Below, piece after piece: positions 62,263-64,000 of a DNA stretch of 64,000 bases (positions within the stretch are counted from its first letter, which is position 1; each line of letters starts with the position of its first letter). The stretch spans positions 224,001-288,000 of the forward strand of contig JBHLKM010000003.1 of NCBI GenBank assembly GCA_048886685.1, read 5' to 3'. Origin of the DNA: Candidatus Hodarchaeota archaeon (GTDB lineage: Archaea > Asgardarchaeota > Lokiarchaeia > Sigyniarchaeales > SOKP01). The notes beneath the pieces are model-generated. The model made no database searches. It had not been told where the DNA came from and saw only the letters and a list, made by a program, of their open reading frames with translations. The position numbers and the translations under genes are program-made.

Positions 62263-62548
62263 AAATAAGTTGAATTTAAAGCATATTGTCAAGTTACCTT
62301 TCGAATTCGACAAAAAATTAAAAGGGATGACTAATATAAAATTGTATATAATAAGATTCTAAAAGATATATCATCTTCTAAATCTTCATATTACAAAAAT
62401 TTCAAACCTAAATTAATAAAGAAATAATAATATAATTTATTAGAGAATAAGTAATACAAAAAAATAAATAAAATTAAAATAAGTAAATTATATCTATATT
62501 ATTAATAGGTATAATAATAAATCATAATCAATAAACACATCCGAGAAC

Positions 62549-62929
62549 ATGACTACCATGGGTGAACCAACTACTGAGTCGTTAGATGACATCTTGAAAA
62601 AGCTTTTATCTGCAATTCCAGAAGTGAAAGCTGCAGCGATAGTTTCAGCCGAAGGTCTCCCAATTGCATCTGCACTGCCGCAGGGAGTCGATGAGACTAG
62701 GATTGCTGCCATGACTGCTGCGTTGCTCTCCTTGGCTGAAAGATCAATTGTGGAGATGGAAAAGGGAGACTTTGATACTCTGTACGTTAAGGGAAGTGAT
62801 GGGTATCTATTAGTTTTCCAGGCTGGCCCCAATGCGGTATTAACTGTTTCTACGACTTCCGATGTAAGATTAGGGTTAATATTTTTGGATTGTAAACGAA
62901 CTTGCGATAAGATTGCGCAGTTAATATAA
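62549..62929 (+). CDS. Roadblock/LC7 (MglB-like) protein
   Basis: AAAIVSAEGLPIASALP..IAAMTAALLSLAERS. Confidence 0.93.
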   Translation: MTTMGEPTTESLDDILKKLLSAIPEVKAAAIVSAEGLPIASALPQGVDETRIAAMTAALLSLAERSIVEMEKGDFDTLYVKGSDGYLLVFQAGPNAVLTVSTTSDVRLGLIFLDCKRTCDKIAQLI

Positions 62930-63147
62930 TTCTAATTACGATCAACTTCTTTCTCTATTGATTCTAAAAAAGATCTATTAAATCATATAGGTTTCCACAT
63001 TAGAGTATTGATATTTATTATTTTTTAAACTTTTAAAGAAATTTAAAATTCTGTGAAATAAAGTCTTATAATTCGGATTAACGAAATTTATATCAATTAA
63101 TTCTTTCATAGAAATAATAATATCAATAACTATCAATTTTGATTCAA

Positions 63148-64000
63148 ATGACTGATGTGAACTTAAATGACTATATGTATAATTTCATAGAAAAAGTTTG
63201 TACTGAGGTTGGTCCAAGGGAATCTGGAACTGAGCAAGAGATCCTCGCAGGGAACATGATTGAAGAAGAATTAAAAAAATTTTGCGATGAGGCTCATCAG
63301 GAAGAGTTTATTAGTAGTCCTCATGCATTTCTTGGAGGTATAAGGTATGGAGCCTTTTTGGTTCTCGTATCAATAATATTATATTGGCTCTCATTGTTGA
63401 TTGACCTTGGGGTATTACAGATTGAAAGTTTCTATAGTTTAATCTTTATGAACATAGTTGTAATTCTTATTGTAATAAGTGTAAGTTACTTTCTCTTGGA
63501 AACAATGAAATATCATGAGATATATGATTTCCTTTTTCCTAAGAAAAAGTCAAACAATATTATTGGCACTATAAATCCTTCAAGTGATATTAATCACTCT
63601 ATTATTTTTTCAGCACATCACGATTCTGCTTTTGAATTCAATACATTTTATTATTTGAAAAGATTCGGTCAAATTATAATAAATGTTGGTTATCTTGGTG
63701 TGATGATTATATTCATAGTAGTTGTTTTAAAAATAATTCTACAATTATTATCAATTGAACTTGATATTTTATTTATTTCATTTGGTTTCTTCTTTTTTAT
63801 TTTTATTCCAATTATTCTAGTGTACATGTTATTTCATACATACCATCCAGTTCAAGGTGCTTTTGATAACTTATCAGGGGTGTCAGTTGTTTTAGGAATA
63901 GGTAAATTTCTAGCAGAGAATAAAAACAATGTTGAAATTTACCCCAAAAATACAAAGATTTATCTAATTTCTTTTGCGGGAGAAGAAGCAGGCCTAAGAG
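63148..64000 (+). CDS. Membrane-associated M28 family peptidase, 3' truncated by the window end (not in the ORF track)
   Basis: MTDVNLNDYMYNFIEKVCTEVGPRESG.., FSAHHDSA, GAFDNLSGV, SFAGEEAGL, interspersed TM segments. Confidence 0.85.
   Translation, partial: MTDVNLNDYMYNFIEKVCTEVGPRESGTEQEILAGNMIEEELKKFCDEAHQEEFISSPHAFLGGIRYGAFLVLVSIILYWLSLLIDLGVLQIESFYSLIFMNIVVILIVISVSYFLLETMKYHEIYDFLFPKKKSNNIIGTINPSSDINHSIIFSAHHDSAFEFNTFYYLKRFGQIIINVGYLGVMIIFIVVVLKIILQLLSIELDILFISFGFFFFIFIPIILVYMLFHTYHPVQGAFDNLSGVSVVLGIGKFLAENKNNVEIYPKNTKIYLISFAGEEAGLR

Noticed and set aside
206-62832. Numerous 60-150 aa antisense or nested ORFs in the track (e.g. 17611-18036, 51442-51885, 62494-62832)
   Set aside because: Shadows of well-supported genes on the opposite strand or frame; no motifs
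1-64000. CRISPR arrays, IS elements/transposases, prophage genes, rRNA/tRNA
   Set aside because: No regularly spaced repeats, transposase/integrase motifs or GC-rich structural RNA tracts were seen by eye

Overview
AT-rich archaeal chromosomal window that looks like Asgard/Lokiarchaeia. Archaeal informational genes (aIF5B, class I CCA enzyme, TFB, Taw1/Tyw1, a stand-alone EF-2 with an altered diphthamide loop) sit beside many eukaryote-signature proteins: 3 Rab-like GTPases, a Rag-like GTPase, a pseudo-GTPase/alpha-solenoid protein, 2 roadblock proteins, HEAT and FG-GAP proteins. I saw no rRNA, tRNA, CRISPR array or mobile element. Main observations: (1) a glycyl-radical-enzyme (GRE) module with two tandem GRE paralogues of unknown specificity, one activase and a TetR gene, linked by a shared 21-bp palindromic operator found three times; (2) three genes whose conserved N-termini can only be made from an ATA/ATT start placed 6-7 nt after a GGTG Shine-Dalgarno motif; (3) both peptide-ABC ATPases (OppD/OppF type) fused to large N-terminal multi-pass membrane domains; (4) a CoA-transferase/Pat-type GNAT fusion that appears to lack its catalytic Glu, divergent from acs; (5) a 1080-aa P-loop-dead GTPase plus SNAP/TPR-like solenoid; (6) a membrane zinc-ribbon/wHTH operon; (7) a 60-nt intergenic hairpin. 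All calls come from motif recognition by eye; no database searches were run.
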